Origin: Octopus vulgaris
Lineage: Eukaryota
DNA: 64,000 nucleotides
NCBI GenBank assembly: GCA_951406725.2
Contig: OX597814.1
Span: 194,556,001 to 194,620,000 of the forward strand
Direction: 5' to 3'
Shown here one piece after another: positions 24,496 through 38,595 of the stretch; the stretch's first letter is position 1; each line of letters opens with the position of its first letter. The notes beneath the pieces were generated by a model. The model did no database searches. It saw only the letters and a program-made list of their open reading frames with translations, and had not been told where the DNA came from. The position numbers and the translations under genes were made by a program.

Positions 24496-25699
24496 CTAGC
24501 AGTATCGCCCGGCGTTGCTCGGGTTTGTAAGGGAAATAACTATATAAGCATTTTTAGAGAGTTATAGCCAAAAAGTAGCAAAAACATGCATTAAAAATGG
24601 GGAAAAAATGATGGTAAATTTTTTTTTAAATCGTTGACTCATTGTAGACATTTTTAGAGAGTTACTTCCCTTATATAATAGCGAAAAAAAGGATTAAAAT
24701 GGAAAAAAAATTATGGTAATTTTTTTTTAAAATCGTAGACTCATCGTAGACATTTTTAGAGAGTTACTTCCCTTATATAATAGCGAAAAAATGCATTAAA
24801 ATGGAAAAAAATTATGGTAATTTTGGTGTCTTCAAGCCGTTGTTCTAAAAGAACGCTGGTCTCCTTGACAACGCTTTACGACGTTGATTTCCTTAAACTC
24901 CCTTCCCCACAGCTTCACGAGGGAGGGAAGAAGGGGGAGAAGCAACACAGGTGCAGGTGTGAGCATGGACGCCAACTCCGCCGCCATCGACACAGGAAAA
25001 AATTGGAAGAAATGGAAAAAAATTATGTTAAATTATTTTTTAAATCGTAGACTCATCGTAGACGCGCGCTAATAGCGATCGATATGAATTACGACTATAA
25101 GATACCCGGTTTTGGTTAAACTGCACCGCAAAATGTGGAAGTAGTTAGGAATCTAAATCGTAGGAGACAGACACACAACTTGACTTTTATAAATAAAGAC
25201 TAGCAGTATCGCCCGGCGTTGCTCGGATTTGTAAGGGAAATAACTATGTAAGCATTTTTAGAGAGTTACTTCCCTTATAAATTCGGGCTTTCTTAGCCAT
25301 TTCTGTTTTGGTGTCTTCAAGCCATGAAGTCGTTGTTCTAAAAGAACGCTGGTTTCCTTCACAACGCATTACGACGTTGATTTCATTACACTCCCTTCCC
25401 CACAGCTTCACGAGGGAGGGAAGAAGGGGGAGAAGCAAACAGGTGCAGCTGTGAGCGTGGACGCCAACTCCGCCGCCATCGACACACGAAAAATTAAAAT
25501 GGAATAAAAAATGATGTTAAATTATTTTTAAAATCGTAGACTCATCGTTGACGCGCGCTAATAGTCAGACGGGCTCGATATGAATCACGACTATAAGATA
25601 CCCGAATTTGGTTAAACTGCACCGCAAAATGTGGGAGGAGTTAGGAATCTAAATCGAAGGGGACAGACACTCACACAACTAGAGTTTTATATATAAAGA
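24496..25699 (-). mobile_element. Head-to-tail Helitron dimer (24496-25199 and 25200-25699)
   Basis: Each unit runs TC...hairpin-CTAG on the minus strand; exact CTAG|TC junction; A|T target at the outer ends. Confidence 0.85.
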
Positions 25700-26036
25700 T
25701 AACTGGGTGATTTCTGATGAATAATTGCGAGAAAATACGTTTATTGTCTGCAAAGCTTTCGTTTTATAACTGGATTGCTTGTAAGGGATCCTCGTTTATT
25801 ATTATTCCTTTCACTAAACGCGGCGAACTGACAGAATCATTAGTGCGTCGGACAAATTGATAAATGGCATTCCTTTCAAGCTCTTTACGTTCAGAACTCA
25901 AATACCACCGAGATCGACTTTGTCTTTCATCCTTTCGAGGGGTCGATAAAATAAGTGTCAGTTAAGTACTGGGATCGATAATCGACAAGCTCCTCTCCTC
26001 CAAAATTTCAAGTCTTTTGCCTATAGTAGAATTATG

Positions 26037-26449
26037 GGATCTTTTCGGTTTGAACAGCAGTTTTTTCTAGCGGTATCATATGAAATTGTCACTCATAATT
26101 ATGACCCTAGTATCGATCTATTGCATTTCTATCTCTTTTAGGGTTAGGGTTAGGGGTGGGGGAAGGGTATCTTTTTTTCTTAACAAATGTAAATAAACCC
26201 AATCTGTTTCTTAAACGAGGGACATATTCAATGTGTTTTTTTTTACCTCAATAGACGTCAGTGATTGGTTGAAATTGCAGAAATTGAAGGAAAAAAAAAC
26301 AACAAATATCTTACAAACTATAGAATTTTCTCAATAAAGCCAAGAGAAAAAGATGTTTTATAAACACATTCTACCAGTATACGAAGTTTAAAAATTTTTT
26401 AGTTACCTAGAAATTATGTTAAAAACTGCCGTTCAAACTGAAGAGATCC
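26037..26449. mobile_element. GGATC-TIR MITE
   Basis: Colinear with 11162-11574. Confidence 0.85.
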
Positions 26450-26654
26450 GAAATTATGTTTCACTAAAGACGGCAACCTTGCAGAACCATTGGCGCGTCG
26501 GACAAACTGCTTAGTAGCATTTCTTTCGGTTTTTTACGTTCAAATTCCACTTCGGTCAACCTTGCTCTTCGTCCTTTGTCTCGCCAGATTAGAAATTTCA
26601 CTTGCTAATGATCATTGCATCTGTTAATCAGCAAGTCACTACTCGTTTACTTAG

Positions 26655-26730
26655 TGGCCTGATGAGTTGGGAGTTATGTAACATCCTACGTAATCTAATT
26701 GTATTATGATTATTCTAATGAAACAATTGT
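26655..26730 (+). ncRNA. 3'-truncated hammerhead motif
   Basis: CTGATGA 26659-26665, imperfect stem II, GAAA 26720-26723, palindromic ACAATTGT stem III, then a (GT)n tract replaces stem I 3'. Confidence 0.45.
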
Positions 26731-26757
26731 GTGTGTGTGTAATTATAATATATATTA

Positions 26758-27152
26758 CTAGCAGTATCGCCCGGCGTTGCTCGGGTTTGTAAGGGAAATA
26801 ACTAAATAAGCATTTTTAGAGATGTAAAGTATAATAGTCATCTCAATATGGCTAACCACAAAGGGGGGGTGTTACTGTAGCTTTTTACATTCTGAGATTT
26901 AATAATACATTTTTAGAGAGTTACTTCCCTTATATAATAGCAAAAAATTGCATTAAAAATGGGGAAAAATGATGGTAATTTTTTTTTAAATCGTAGACTC
27001 ATCGTAGACGCGCGCTAATACCCAGAAGGGCTCGATATGAATCACGACTATAAGATACCCGCTTTTGGTTACACTGCACCGCAAAATGTGGGAGTAGTTA
27101 GGAATCTAAATCGTAGGAGAGAGACACACAACTTCACTTTTATATATAAAGA
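26758..27152 (-). mobile_element. Non-autonomous Helitron
   Basis: Same termini as the dimer units, inserted between A and T. Confidence 0.85.
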
Positions 27153-27623
27153 TAGGCTCAGACGTGGCTGTGTGGTTAAGAAGCTCAAACTACAACTAAG
27201 AAGTACTCTTAAGTAAGAGCCTTATATTATAGACTCGAACTGACCAAACCCTTATGAGTAGATTTGATAGGCAGAAACTGAAAGAAGCCTGTCGCGCACG
27301 CGCGTGTATGTATATATATGTGTGTGGTGGGAGTCTGTGCTGGCGTTTGTGTCGCCATCGGTTGCTTGACATCTCCTAACTTAGCAATTCGGCAAGAGAC
27401 CAAGAAAATAAGCACCAGTTTTAAAACCAAGTATTGGAGACCAATTAGTACAGCTAAACCCTTCAAGGTGGTGCCCCAGCATGACCGCAGTCTAAAGACT
27501 GAAACAAGAGATAAGACGCACTTTCTCCGCCCATGGCACACATTTTAATTTGTTTTAATCGAAAGACAAAATAGTTAATCGGAGGTTTCTTCTTTGATGT
27601 TGTTTCGTTTGTTAGGGTCTTTC

Positions 27624-28380
27624 GGATCTTTTCCTTTTGAACGGCACATGTCAACACAATTTCTATTCGTATACTGGTAGAATGTGTTTATAAAACATCA
27701 TTTTTCTTGGCTTTATTGAGAAAATTCTATAGTTAGTAAGATATTTCGTCTGAAATTTCGAGTACTTTGGCAATTTTAACCAATCGCTGACCTCCATTTG
27801 GGGTGAAAACATTCCGTGCTGTATAAATATGTTCCTCGTTTAAGAAACAGATTGGGTTTATTTACATTTGCAAAGAAAAAAGATACCCTTCCCCCACCCC
27901 TAAATCTAAAATAGATTGAAATGCAATACATCAATATTAGGGTTATAATTATGGGTGACATTTTCATTTGACACCGCTAGAAAAAAATCCCATTTTCCGT
28001 AGCGGTGTCGTATGAAATTGTCACCCATAATTATAACCCTAGTATCGATCTATTGCATTTCAATCTATTTTAGGGTTAGGGTTAGGGGTGAGGAAGGGTA
28101 TCTTTTTTTCTTCGCAAATGTAAATAAACCCAATCTGTTTCTTAAACGAGAGACATATTCATACAGCACGCAATGTTTTCACCCCAAATGGAGGTCAGCG
28201 ATTGGTTAAAATTGCCGAAATGCTTGAAATTAAAGTGGAAATATGTTACAACATATAGAATTTTCTCAATAAAGCCAAGAAAAATTGTTTTATAAACACA
28301 TTCTACCAGTATACGAAGTTTAAAAGTGTTTAGTTAACTAGAAATTGTGTTGACATGTGCCGTTCAAAAGGAAAAGATCC
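27624..28380. mobile_element. GGATC-TIR foldback element, ~757 bp palindrome
   Basis: Two inverted ~360 bp arms; 8-bp TSD ggtctttc/ggtttttc. Confidence 0.85.
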
Positions 28381-30559
28381 GGTTTTTCTTTTAGATTTTT
28401 CCCACTATAGATTTTTGTTCATTAATTGCATAGATAATCTCAGTTAAAGTTTTTCAACTCACTGTATTGGATATGGAAAGTTTATTTACTTCAAAATTAT
28501 GGTAACACCTTTTAAAAGAAGTTTGGGCGAGAGATTGGCATATACGCAATCAATGGTTGATAACGCCAGCCAATAGAAGTAAAGGAAAATTAGCTTATCT
28601 GTTTCTGTGATCTAATTTTTTAAAAACCAAAACCACTCAGACGTCACAAAAGGCAGGCGCCAAGCGGAAAGCTCATACTGAAAAGCTAGTTATGGGTCAT
28701 TTATTTCTGTTTGCTTGAGGAGATGTGGGATAGCAACACTTGAATTTAAGAGATGAAGTGGGGTACAGCCAAAAGAGAGAATGAAAACACAATTTTGTTG
28801 AACAGATTTCCTCCAAATTTAAAATGTAAATATAACATGATCAATGCATTTTTTAATGATAATCTTTATAGTTTTATTAAATTAAAGAAAGCGAAGAATT
28901 TGAAATGTACCAAGATAAAGCCATCTGTGTATGTCACTATTAGGTCGATCGACCTATAAAGATATAGCAGAAATATTTCTCTTGGATCATGCGTTAATCC
29001 TCTCAAACTTGTGCCTAATTTTACCTTCCACCCGGGCTCTTGAGCAAAACAAATAAATAGCTGCTTATACAGCATATACAGTAACGATTGCAGGCAAACT
29101 AAGGCAGAAACGGCTGCATTTCCTTTTATCTACGTGTTGTTGTTCAATTACCGTTTTACAGGGAATCCAGCAGAGGTGACGCTTAACCCTACTCCCGCTA
29201 TAGCGGGAATACGGCGTGATATGGTAAACGTTTTATATGTTCATAACCAGAACCCCTTTTGTAGGAAAAATCTATAGAATAATAAACATCAGATCAAGGT
29301 GAATATATTAGAGTAATGAAGTGCTACCACAATTTTGAAGATTATTTTGCATAACCAATATCACTAGCCCATTTTTCTTGGGAGGGTCGGGATAGAATCT
29401 TCAAGCAACATCTCCATCGGCTCCTATCAGAAGCAACCGTCATTTCGTTTTCTGTATGGCTAATGCCATAACTACATTATTACGTAATTAAGACTCGTAA
29501 TGTCATAGGTGTATGGAATAATACAAGTTCTTGTAGGTAAAGTCGTTATCCTCCTAAGAAAATTCTGAAAGCCAATAAATAGATATGTTCATGGTATAAA
29601 TCATGGTTCACCCGAAACAGCTGTCAGAGTATTACATAATTTCTTTTGTATTCCATATAAATATAACCATCAAACCTACTTTTGTGCATCTGCCTTTCAT
29701 TTCCATACCTGCAAGTATTGTGTAGTTTATTCTATTTCGTACCTTTGACACAGTTTAATGCACAGAAATAAACAATAAATAACAGGTGGTGGTTGATGTA
29801 AATAGAAATTATGTATCCCAAAACAGACAATAGAAGAAATAATACATTATATTATTTGCTTAAACCCCCTCGTTGAGTAGAGTGGCGCAGTTGAAGTATG
29901 CTGGACTCAGAACCCAGAGGTCTATGGACTGAAACAATGCTCTGCGAAGAAATAGGTGCCATTTTCGATATTTTATATTACATCAGAGTTGTCTACAAAT
30001 ATACCAACCATACACACACACACACATACCTACAGAGATTAGTAAAAAGTCTCTTATGCAATAGAAATTTACACACCGTCAAGGTCACCAGCTGTGACCG
30101 GGTACATCGAAACCCAAATAATTTAGTGAACAGGGAACAACAGGATTTTTCGCTTTGTATATAAGCTTATTTATACATAATATTACAATGTTTTAGTTTA
30201 AAGTTTAACATTCAAAACAATCTATTAGTATTTACAAGAAATTTAGATAACGTAAAGTCATGAGCAGGTTACGACTTTCTTATCTTTTGACTTTTGACAG
30301 AAAACGGCGGAAGTGACATACAGTTTCCTTATATAATAAATTATAGTATAATTAGTTCTTTGAAAGGCGAAGAGATAAAGAAATATATAGTTATCTTCAA
30401 TGTCAGCAGCAGATAAACTTCAGACCATCTTAAAGATTTCCTCTGTTTCCATTCTCTTTTTATTCATCTCTTTTCAATACTGTAGAGTTGAGGGCTAAAT
30501 TTTCGAAATATCCAATTTCCAGTACCTTGCTTGCTGCTGTAAAAAGTCCCTTTTGCTCT

Positions 30560-30580
30560 CTCCTCCTCCTCCTCCTCTCT

Positions 30581-30669
<89 letters not shown>
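30560..30669. repeat. (CT)n microsatellite
   Basis: Seen directly. Confidence 0.95.
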
Positions 30670-30672
<3 letters not shown>

Positions 30673-31281
30673 ATCTCGAGTTTCGGAAGTGCATAGACCA
30701 CTGAGTTTTAAGGTATTTAAATAGTGAAGGATTTAGTCTATATTTTTTCATTATTATGTGAAACAATTCATTCGTCGAAGTGAAATTTACTAGTACGCCC
30801 ACTGCCACCACCTCATCATCATCATTTAAATTAACATCTATTTTTTCCTATGTTTATATATCATTAATGAATCTGTATTACATCTTTCCTTTGTAAAGCC
30901 CTAAATTTTCGACTCGAAAATGGAAACAACGTACAATAAATCTATCAACCAAGCGTGGCTGTGTGGTACGATGTTTGCATTCCAACTGCATGGCTCTGGA
31001 TTCAATACCACTGTATGGTAACTCGAACAAGTGTCTTCTAGTAATAGTCCCAGCCTTGTAAGTGGATCTAGTACACGAAAACTGAAAGAAACCAGTGTGT
31101 GTGTGTGTGCACCACCGTTTTGTCTACTTCCCGGTAACTTATGGGTTCGGCAAGAGAGCGACAGAATAAGTACAAGACTTTAAACAATAAGTACGGACGG
31201 CGATTCAAAGCAGTGTTCTAGTATGGCCGTGGTCCAATGACTGAAACAAGTAAAAGATTAAAGATAAATATAACCTGTCCG

Positions 31282-31870
31282 GGATCTTTACCTTTTGACC
31301 GACAGATTTAAAAAATAATTTTTTGTAACTAAACACTTTCAAACTTCGGACACTGTATCATATAAATGTATCATATAAAACGTATTTTACTGTTATCGTT
31401 TTTGAGAAAAGCTTATATTTAGGAAGTTATTTCACGTTAAAGTTGTCCTATTTCGGTAATTTCAACCAATCAATGACGTGTATTCAGCTGAATAAAAAAT
31501 TACTGCTGTTGTTTGTCAACAAGAACTTCCGGTGGTGTATATTTCATTTGTCTCTGTTATTTTTGACAACCTTAACCCTAAAACCTTAAAACAAGTACAA
31601 ACGCACGAACGATCTCATAAATAACAGTGACAAACGAAAAATACACCGCCGACAGCAGTAATTTTATTCAGCTGAATACACGTCATTGATTGGTTGAAAT
31701 TACCGAAATACTACAACTTTAACGCGAAATAACTTCGTTAAAATAAACTTCTCAAAAACGCTAAGAGTAAAAGATGTTTTATATGACACATTCTACCAGT
31801 GTCCGAAGTTTGAAAGTGTTTAGTTACAACAAATTATTTTAAAAATCTGTTGGTCAAAAGGTAAAGATCC
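31282..31870. mobile_element. GGATC-TIR MITE, palindromic subfamily (ggatctttacctttt)
   Basis: Long inverted arms; flanks cctgtccg/cctgtcga; a half copy lies at ~14390-14604. Confidence 0.85.
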
Positions 31871-32178
31871 CCTGTCGAAAACTTTTAACAACAACTTGGA
31901 TGATACGCTGTCCAGTTTGTATAAGTCCAATTTAGTATATTAATGAAATCAAAAACAATCGAAATCAATGGAAATTGCTTTCACTATCAAAACCAATTTA
32001 CACTCTAAAATCTAATATAAATTAAATACTTATAGACACAAAGAATTGCATTCACTTATACTCGAGAAATGGTATCTAACAGCTTTTTTGGATGACTCCG
32101 ATGATGTTAGTATTTAAGATAGTTTAACTTTTTCAATCGATCGATCGTCCGACTGAGTGAAGCCATGAACAAACCTAT

Positions 32179-32514
32179 CATCATCATCATCATTGTTCGA
32201 CCGTGGTCGAGACAATGGAATTTACCATGCTACGCCATACTTCACGGTCCATCATGGTATTACGGAGGTCCTGTTGCTGGATGCCTGTATCCCTGGAGAT
32301 TACATCAGGATAGGAGAGTGTGCGCCCTCTGGTATTGCGAGTAGATGGCTTCCAGAGGAGAAGAGTAGAAATTACTTCTTTTTCAGCTCTACAACAATGT
32401 CCAGCAAACTGGACTCTCCTACCTTTCACAAGAGATGACACAAGTGGTAGTTTCCCATTTTGGTGGGATGGCGCTTCCATGAGAGATTTTGAGCTCTCAT
32501 AAGGAGGCGAGTGT
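32179..32514 (-). mobile_element. 5'-truncated RTE-clade LINE 3' end
   Basis: Peptide ...RRVQFAGHCCRA...LLLWKP...RGR...MMDREVWR, (TGA)n tail, 11-bp TSD aacaaacctat. Confidence 0.85.
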
Positions 32515-33727
32515 AACAAACCTATAATGTACCTCAGGATCAGCTATTAAGATGCACAAATAAAGAAATATGTAAAGCCCATTATTCGTGCCTCTTCTAT
32601 ATGCATTTTAGTAAAATTATATTCGGGTAGAAACCTTGTATGAAGGATACTGTGTAAAGATCGTCCAGTTTTTGGCTACCTGAGTATATACAGTCAACAG
32701 ATGAGATCCAGAGATTCTCGATATAGGAAACACCTAGTAGCGCTCAGATGATTCGAACTAAGACTCCGATGTCTTTACGGGGGACCAATTCTGTGGGGGT
32801 AAAGATGTGGCTATAAAAGTAATCAAGGTGAGCAGATATAGAGGCAATTATGCGGATAAATATATATTTCTTTACTACCCACAAGGGGACAAACAAGGAC
32901 AGACAGAGGGATTAAGTCGATTACATCGACGCCAGTACCTAACTGGTGCTTAATTTATCGACCCTAAAAGGATGAAAGGCAAAGTCAACCTCGGCGGAAT
33001 TTGAACTCAGAACATAAAGACAGACGAAATACGGCTACGCATTTCGCCCGGCGTGCTAACGTTTCTGCCAGCTCGCCGCCTTAATGTGGATAAATATAAT
33101 TAGTTTATCCTCATAATAAAAACTGTTACCATTTTTCGTTAATAAATACAAATGTACAACCGTTAAGCTCCACAATACACCTCTTTTATTATTCTAGAAG
33201 TTAGCTTTCTTTCTCGATCAGTTCATTTTAACCCTGACACAACTATACACAATAGTTTGCGAGTAAAAGTCTAAGTCAGGCTGAGAAAGAGAGTGGGAGG
33301 GAGACAGTCGTTTCATAGTGACACGCGTTGAAGAGATGTATACCAAACACAACAATGGACAGGACTATTTCAAACATAACTGAATACAAAAGGAACTGAG
33401 TAGTCCACTCACACAAACATAAACGTTCATAGTCATTATTCCATTATTGGCAACAGGACCACCGAAATGGATTACTTTTTAAGCTACCGTATTCGTTAGA
33501 GGCATGACAAATAAGCTGTCGTGAGACAAATAGAGGGGGAGCAAGATGAAAAGTTAAAGTGTGATGAAGTAGAAAACACAAGAGCTAGTGTGTGGGTTTA
33601 AAGAAAACTGCCGTTGAATAGCAAGTCACAAATGACAAGTCAGAATTTAACAAAAGGCTTCTGTTAAAGTTTTACTAATTGGTGATTCCCAAGGTTCAAC
33701 ATAATTTAGTCCTACAAGTCAAGGTGC

Positions 33728-34220
33728 GGATCTTTTCGGTTTGACCGGCAGTTTTTTGAAATAATTCTCACGTAACTAAACACTTTTAAACTTCGTATAC
33801 TGGTAGAATGTGTTTATAAAACATCATGGATCATTTCGGTTTGAACGGCAGTTTTTTCTAGCGGTGTCATATGAAATTGTCACTCATAATTATGACCCTA
33901 GTATCGATCTATTGCATTTCAATCTGTTTTAGGGTTAGGGTTGTTAGGGGTGGGGGGAAGGGTATCTTTTTTTCTTCACAAATGTAAATAAACCCAATCT
34001 GTTTCTTAAATGAGAGGCATATTCATACGGCACAGAATGTTTTTTTTTACCTCAATAGACGTCACTGATTGGTTGAAATTGCAGAAATTGAAGAAAAAAA
34101 ACAACAAATATCTTACAAACCATAGAATTTTCTCAATAAAGCCAAGAGAAAAAGATGTTTTATAAACACATTCTACGTGAAAATTATTTTAAAAAACTGC
34201 CGTTCAAACCGAAAAGATCC
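33728..34220. mobile_element. GGATC-TIR MITE with a second TIR start at 33828 (self-nested or rearranged)
   Basis: Two left TIRs (33728, 33828) and one right TIR (34220). Confidence 0.8.
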
Positions 34221-34679
34221 ATGTATTCTACTATAACCCCGAGTTAACCAATGACTTGTGAGTGAACCTGGTAGACGGAAACTGTGTGGAAGCTCATCGT
34301 ATGTGCGTGTCTTTGTGTTTGTAGTTGTCCTTTACCTACACCACTTGATAACCGGTATTGGCTTGTTTACGTCCCCATAACACAGCGGTTCTGCAAAAGA
34401 AACCAACAGCACAAGTACTAGACTATAAAAAAAAGTACTAGGATTGATTTGATCGATTAACTTTTCATGGCGGTGCCCCAGCATAACTGGAACATAAAGG
34501 AGAGCAATACCATCCTTAATTTAAACGTCATTTCATTATTTAATAGGGTTCGAATAAGGGAAAAAAATCTACTCCCTTATTAGTTTTCTAGTTTGTTATT
34601 TGATTGCCACTCCCTAATATATAACGTCACAGAAATCAGAATCTAGATGTTGAACTATAAACTAACCTTGGTGTACCAG

Positions 34680-35023
34680 TCTGAGACCCCCTTCGGTCAC
34701 GAAATTGACCATGGGATTGCACCTAGAAAGTTACCCTCCCAGGGCAAGTCCGGGCAAGGTTTTTTATGGACGACCAGCAGTCGCCCATGCATACTGGCCT
34801 CCCCTCTCCACGCCTGCAGTGTTATCCAAGGGAAAGAGAAAGGGGCCGATACAGCTTGGCACCTGTGACGTCGCAACTCATTTCTACAGCTGAGTGAACT
34901 GGAGCAACGTGAAATAAAGTGTCTTGCTCAAGAACACAACACGTAGCCCGGTCCAGGATTTGAACTCACAACCTCACGATCGTAAGCTCGACGCTCTAGC
35001 CACTGAGCCATACGCCTCCACAG
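34680..35023 (-). mobile_element. tRNA(Arg)-like SINE family
   Basis: Head ggctcagtggctagagcgtcgagcttacgatc...gagttcaaatcc, core ttgagcaagacactt; a partial copy lies at ~36650-36765. Confidence 0.75.
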
Positions 35024-38000
35024 TAAGATCCGTATATCATCAGTAATCTTAACCAAAGTCGTACGTCAACGTCTTTTAAGTTGACAAAATTAACAAGCAT
35101 GGAGGGTTTTTACTACTTTGCCACGTTTTACAGGGATTCAAAGGTTGACGAATTGTTTGAGGTGAAGAATCATTTGAATTTGATGATAGTTTGGATTTGG
35201 AAACTGCTGCTGTTTCTTCTTTCAAGTGGAGTACTTCAATATTACCCTTTCACTCTATACTGCTTCCCTAGTCTTTTTTTACCCCCCACTAAAAACAGCA
35301 CTATTTTCTTTTGTTCTCCTTATCCAAGAGCTAGATTGATAGTCTAATAAAATAGTTATTAGTCAAATAATTAATTTCTCGAATATCTAGCACAGAAAAA
35401 AAATGATAAAGTTGCTTCTTGTGGTTGACTTTTAGCTCACTAATCGAAAAATAAACAGAAATTGTTTCGACATCAATTAAGGGATTAGATACAAACGAAA
35501 AACCTTCAAGCTCTATGAAAATTTAAGTTGGGTTTCAATCCTCAAACTCGAATTGAATCAGGAATGACGGAATAATAAAATCCTTCACATAACATCTAAG
35601 TGGAGAAACAAGGTCACTCTGTAAACTTCAAGATAAGTCACAGAAGCTAACTTTAATCCTGTAAAATATTAGGGTTGATGAACTTCGCAATACGTGTGAA
35701 TATTTTTTAGCGTTTAGTCAAGAGAAAAGGGTTAATACCCCATACCTTTTTTGTGGGGTTTCCGAAACTGGTTGTGGAAGAGTAAGGAATGTATCCTCAA
35801 ACAACAGAACGGACACCACTAAAGGTGTCCAATGTACCCAGGTGATCGAACAACTGAGCGCAGCCGTTTGAATATTCAACATGTTTGACAATATTTTATG
35901 ACATTGGAAACACGCACAAAAATATAGAGATACAAAAAGTGAAAGGAGTAAGAGAGACGGACAATACCATTTATAAACTGAACAAGATTAACAAAAACAT
36001 ACGCATAGAGAAAAATATGGTCATACACATAAAGAAAGAGACAGAGATTTGAAAGAGAGAGAACGAGAGAAACATTAAAAAACGTCTAATGTCAAATAAG
36101 TCAACGTCGAATCAACAATGCCAACTAGGTAGCGCCTAACTTCTCAGTCCCAAGTGGTTGTTAAACTGGGTCACAGATTCAATCTACCACCCAAATAGGC
36201 AACGGCAGGACTTGGACTCAGAATGCAATGAACCAGAACAAATACGCTAAGTATTTCACTCGAAAATCTAACAATTTCGCTGTTTTTAAAGGATACTTTA
36301 TCGAATCCGGAGGGGTTACATTAGGGACTTGCAACGATGTTCAATAATGAACAAAAAAATTATCTGTCGTTTGACTTAACGTTTTCTATTACAACCACAA
36401 AAACATCTAGGACGCCTTTCTGTAAAAATATTTGATAAATTTCAGTTCTTCATTTCAGACAGAGCGCCTTACAAGAGGTGTCCTGCCCTGCCACAAAAAG
36501 CGGAAGAGCATGCGTTCCAACTTGGTCATCCACGAATCGGGGGCAAGGCACGACGGTCAGGCGGTAGGTAATTACAGATGCGATGAACACACCTGCTACC
36601 TCCGCCCTCCCTTTCAGGGACAGCTTCCGCTCAGACTAGGTCTGAGTTAGGAGAGCAAAACGTGAAATGAAGTATTTTGCTCAAGAACACAACGCAGAGC
36701 CGATCTGGGAATGGAAACTATCATCTCGTGAGCGTAACACCCTAATCACTAGGTCACGCGCCTCCATTTCAACAAAAAAAAACCTCTTCTCCAACAATAA
36801 AAAATACACACTATTGTAGACGACTTCATTTATTTTACTGCAGTATGGTTGACCGAGCAGACCTATTCGTCTATTTTATATTTTTATTTCGTTACTGTGT
36901 TATCAAAAGCTCTCTTTCTAATCTCTTCCACACTTACTGCTATAACCGTAACTAGATTGACTGTTCATCACTTAAGTTCCGCATGGGCACGATTTGAATT
37001 CATCACGCGGAGATCGCTAAAATAAAGTATCAGTCAAGTATTGAAATTGCCGAAATGCAAGAAATTAAACAACAAATAGCTTACAAACTACAGAATTTTC
37101 TCAAGAGAAAAAGATGTTTTATAAATACATTCTACCAGTATACGAAGTTTAAAAGTGTTGAAATTATTTTTAAAATCAGCCGGTCAAAGTGAAAAGATCC
37201 CTAAGACCTCCTCTCAACATTGCCGGTCTCAATATCTCACTAGTTACCACTACCATTTCCATTATCATCATGGACGACCCAATACAAGATGGACAACGTG
37301 GTTGACTGCGAGAAATAACAGGTCAAATTATCCCTCGATTCACATTTTTACCTTAATAAAAACGGAAAGACACAAGACAATAGAGAGCTTTCAGTATATT
37401 GCAATCTGAATGAAAGGCGAGATGGGCACGACTGGAAAATCTCAGATCATGAATAAATCCAATCTATCAGGACTGACTCTATGAACCGACAATAGCAAAC
37501 ATTGACACACGCTAGCTACGTGTTAAAGCTGTCATTTTATTCACACGAGCCTGTACACATTTCTTTTTTCAAATTTTCCGCGTTTTCCCACACCATCTTT
37601 TCACTAATATCATTGCTTACAAAGACTACTCTGCTGCCACCTTGACAAACTAAAAAGAAAGCATTGACAGGTAAAAAAAAATAATAATAATAATAAAGGT
37701 AAAAGCGATGACATAACGCCAGTAAGATAAACACACGACAAAAGCTACCTTGTCACACACCCATAACAAGTTATTTCTAGAATTCCTTTTTCTTATCCTT
37801 CCTCCTTTTTAACGCTTTTTTTTCTTTATAAAGAGACAGCCATCAAACAATAATAGTCTGAATAAATTACCTTATATACCAGCATTTCCATTTTCTCATT
37901 CATTCATACGCATTCGTGATTGTTTAATTTCAACACTAACACATGGATGTGAATATGTCTACACAAACATATACACATATTTTGTGTGTATATATATTTA

Positions 38001-38595
38001 TATACATACATAACATATACATACATATATACATCGCCCTGACGCTTCACTGCAACTCCCTCCTTGCTCCTCTATCTTTCTTGCAGGTGTTAACATATGA
38101 CAATTTAAGCCGAACATTAACAGCATCAATCTCACGAGGGAGCGGGGGGTCACCGGGAGCCATGGGCCCAGCTCCTATATAAATTTTTATATACATATAA
38201 ATATGCATGTGTATGCATATTTATATATCTTCACGCACACATGGTTAGCACGCCGAACAAAATGTTTAGGAGCATTTCGTCCGTCTTTATGTTCTGAGTT
38301 CAAATTCAGCAGAGGTCGATTTTGCTTTTACATCCTTCCGAGGTCTATAAAATAAGTAGCAGTCAAGTCCTGGGGTTGATGTAATCGACTATCCCCACCC
38401 ATATCTACGCACAGATACATATGCCTATTACATATCACACACCCGACGCATTTGCAGTGAAGACTTTTATGCTATAATGTACAACAATCAACTTCAACCA
38501 ACCCCGAAGCGTATAAATTGAACCAAATAAAATACATCGACCGACAGCAAACAACTGTCATTTTATATATTGTAACCGTGAAACAAGAAAAAGAA

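Noticed and set aside
29184-29300. piggyBac-like end (TTAA|CCC) and mariner-like end at ~2786-2850
   Set aside because: No matching second terminus found, so element boundaries cannot be supported.
37537-37734. Minus-strand exon after ttctttttAG at ~37650
   Set aside because: No phase-consistent link to the C2 gene and no recognisable peptide.
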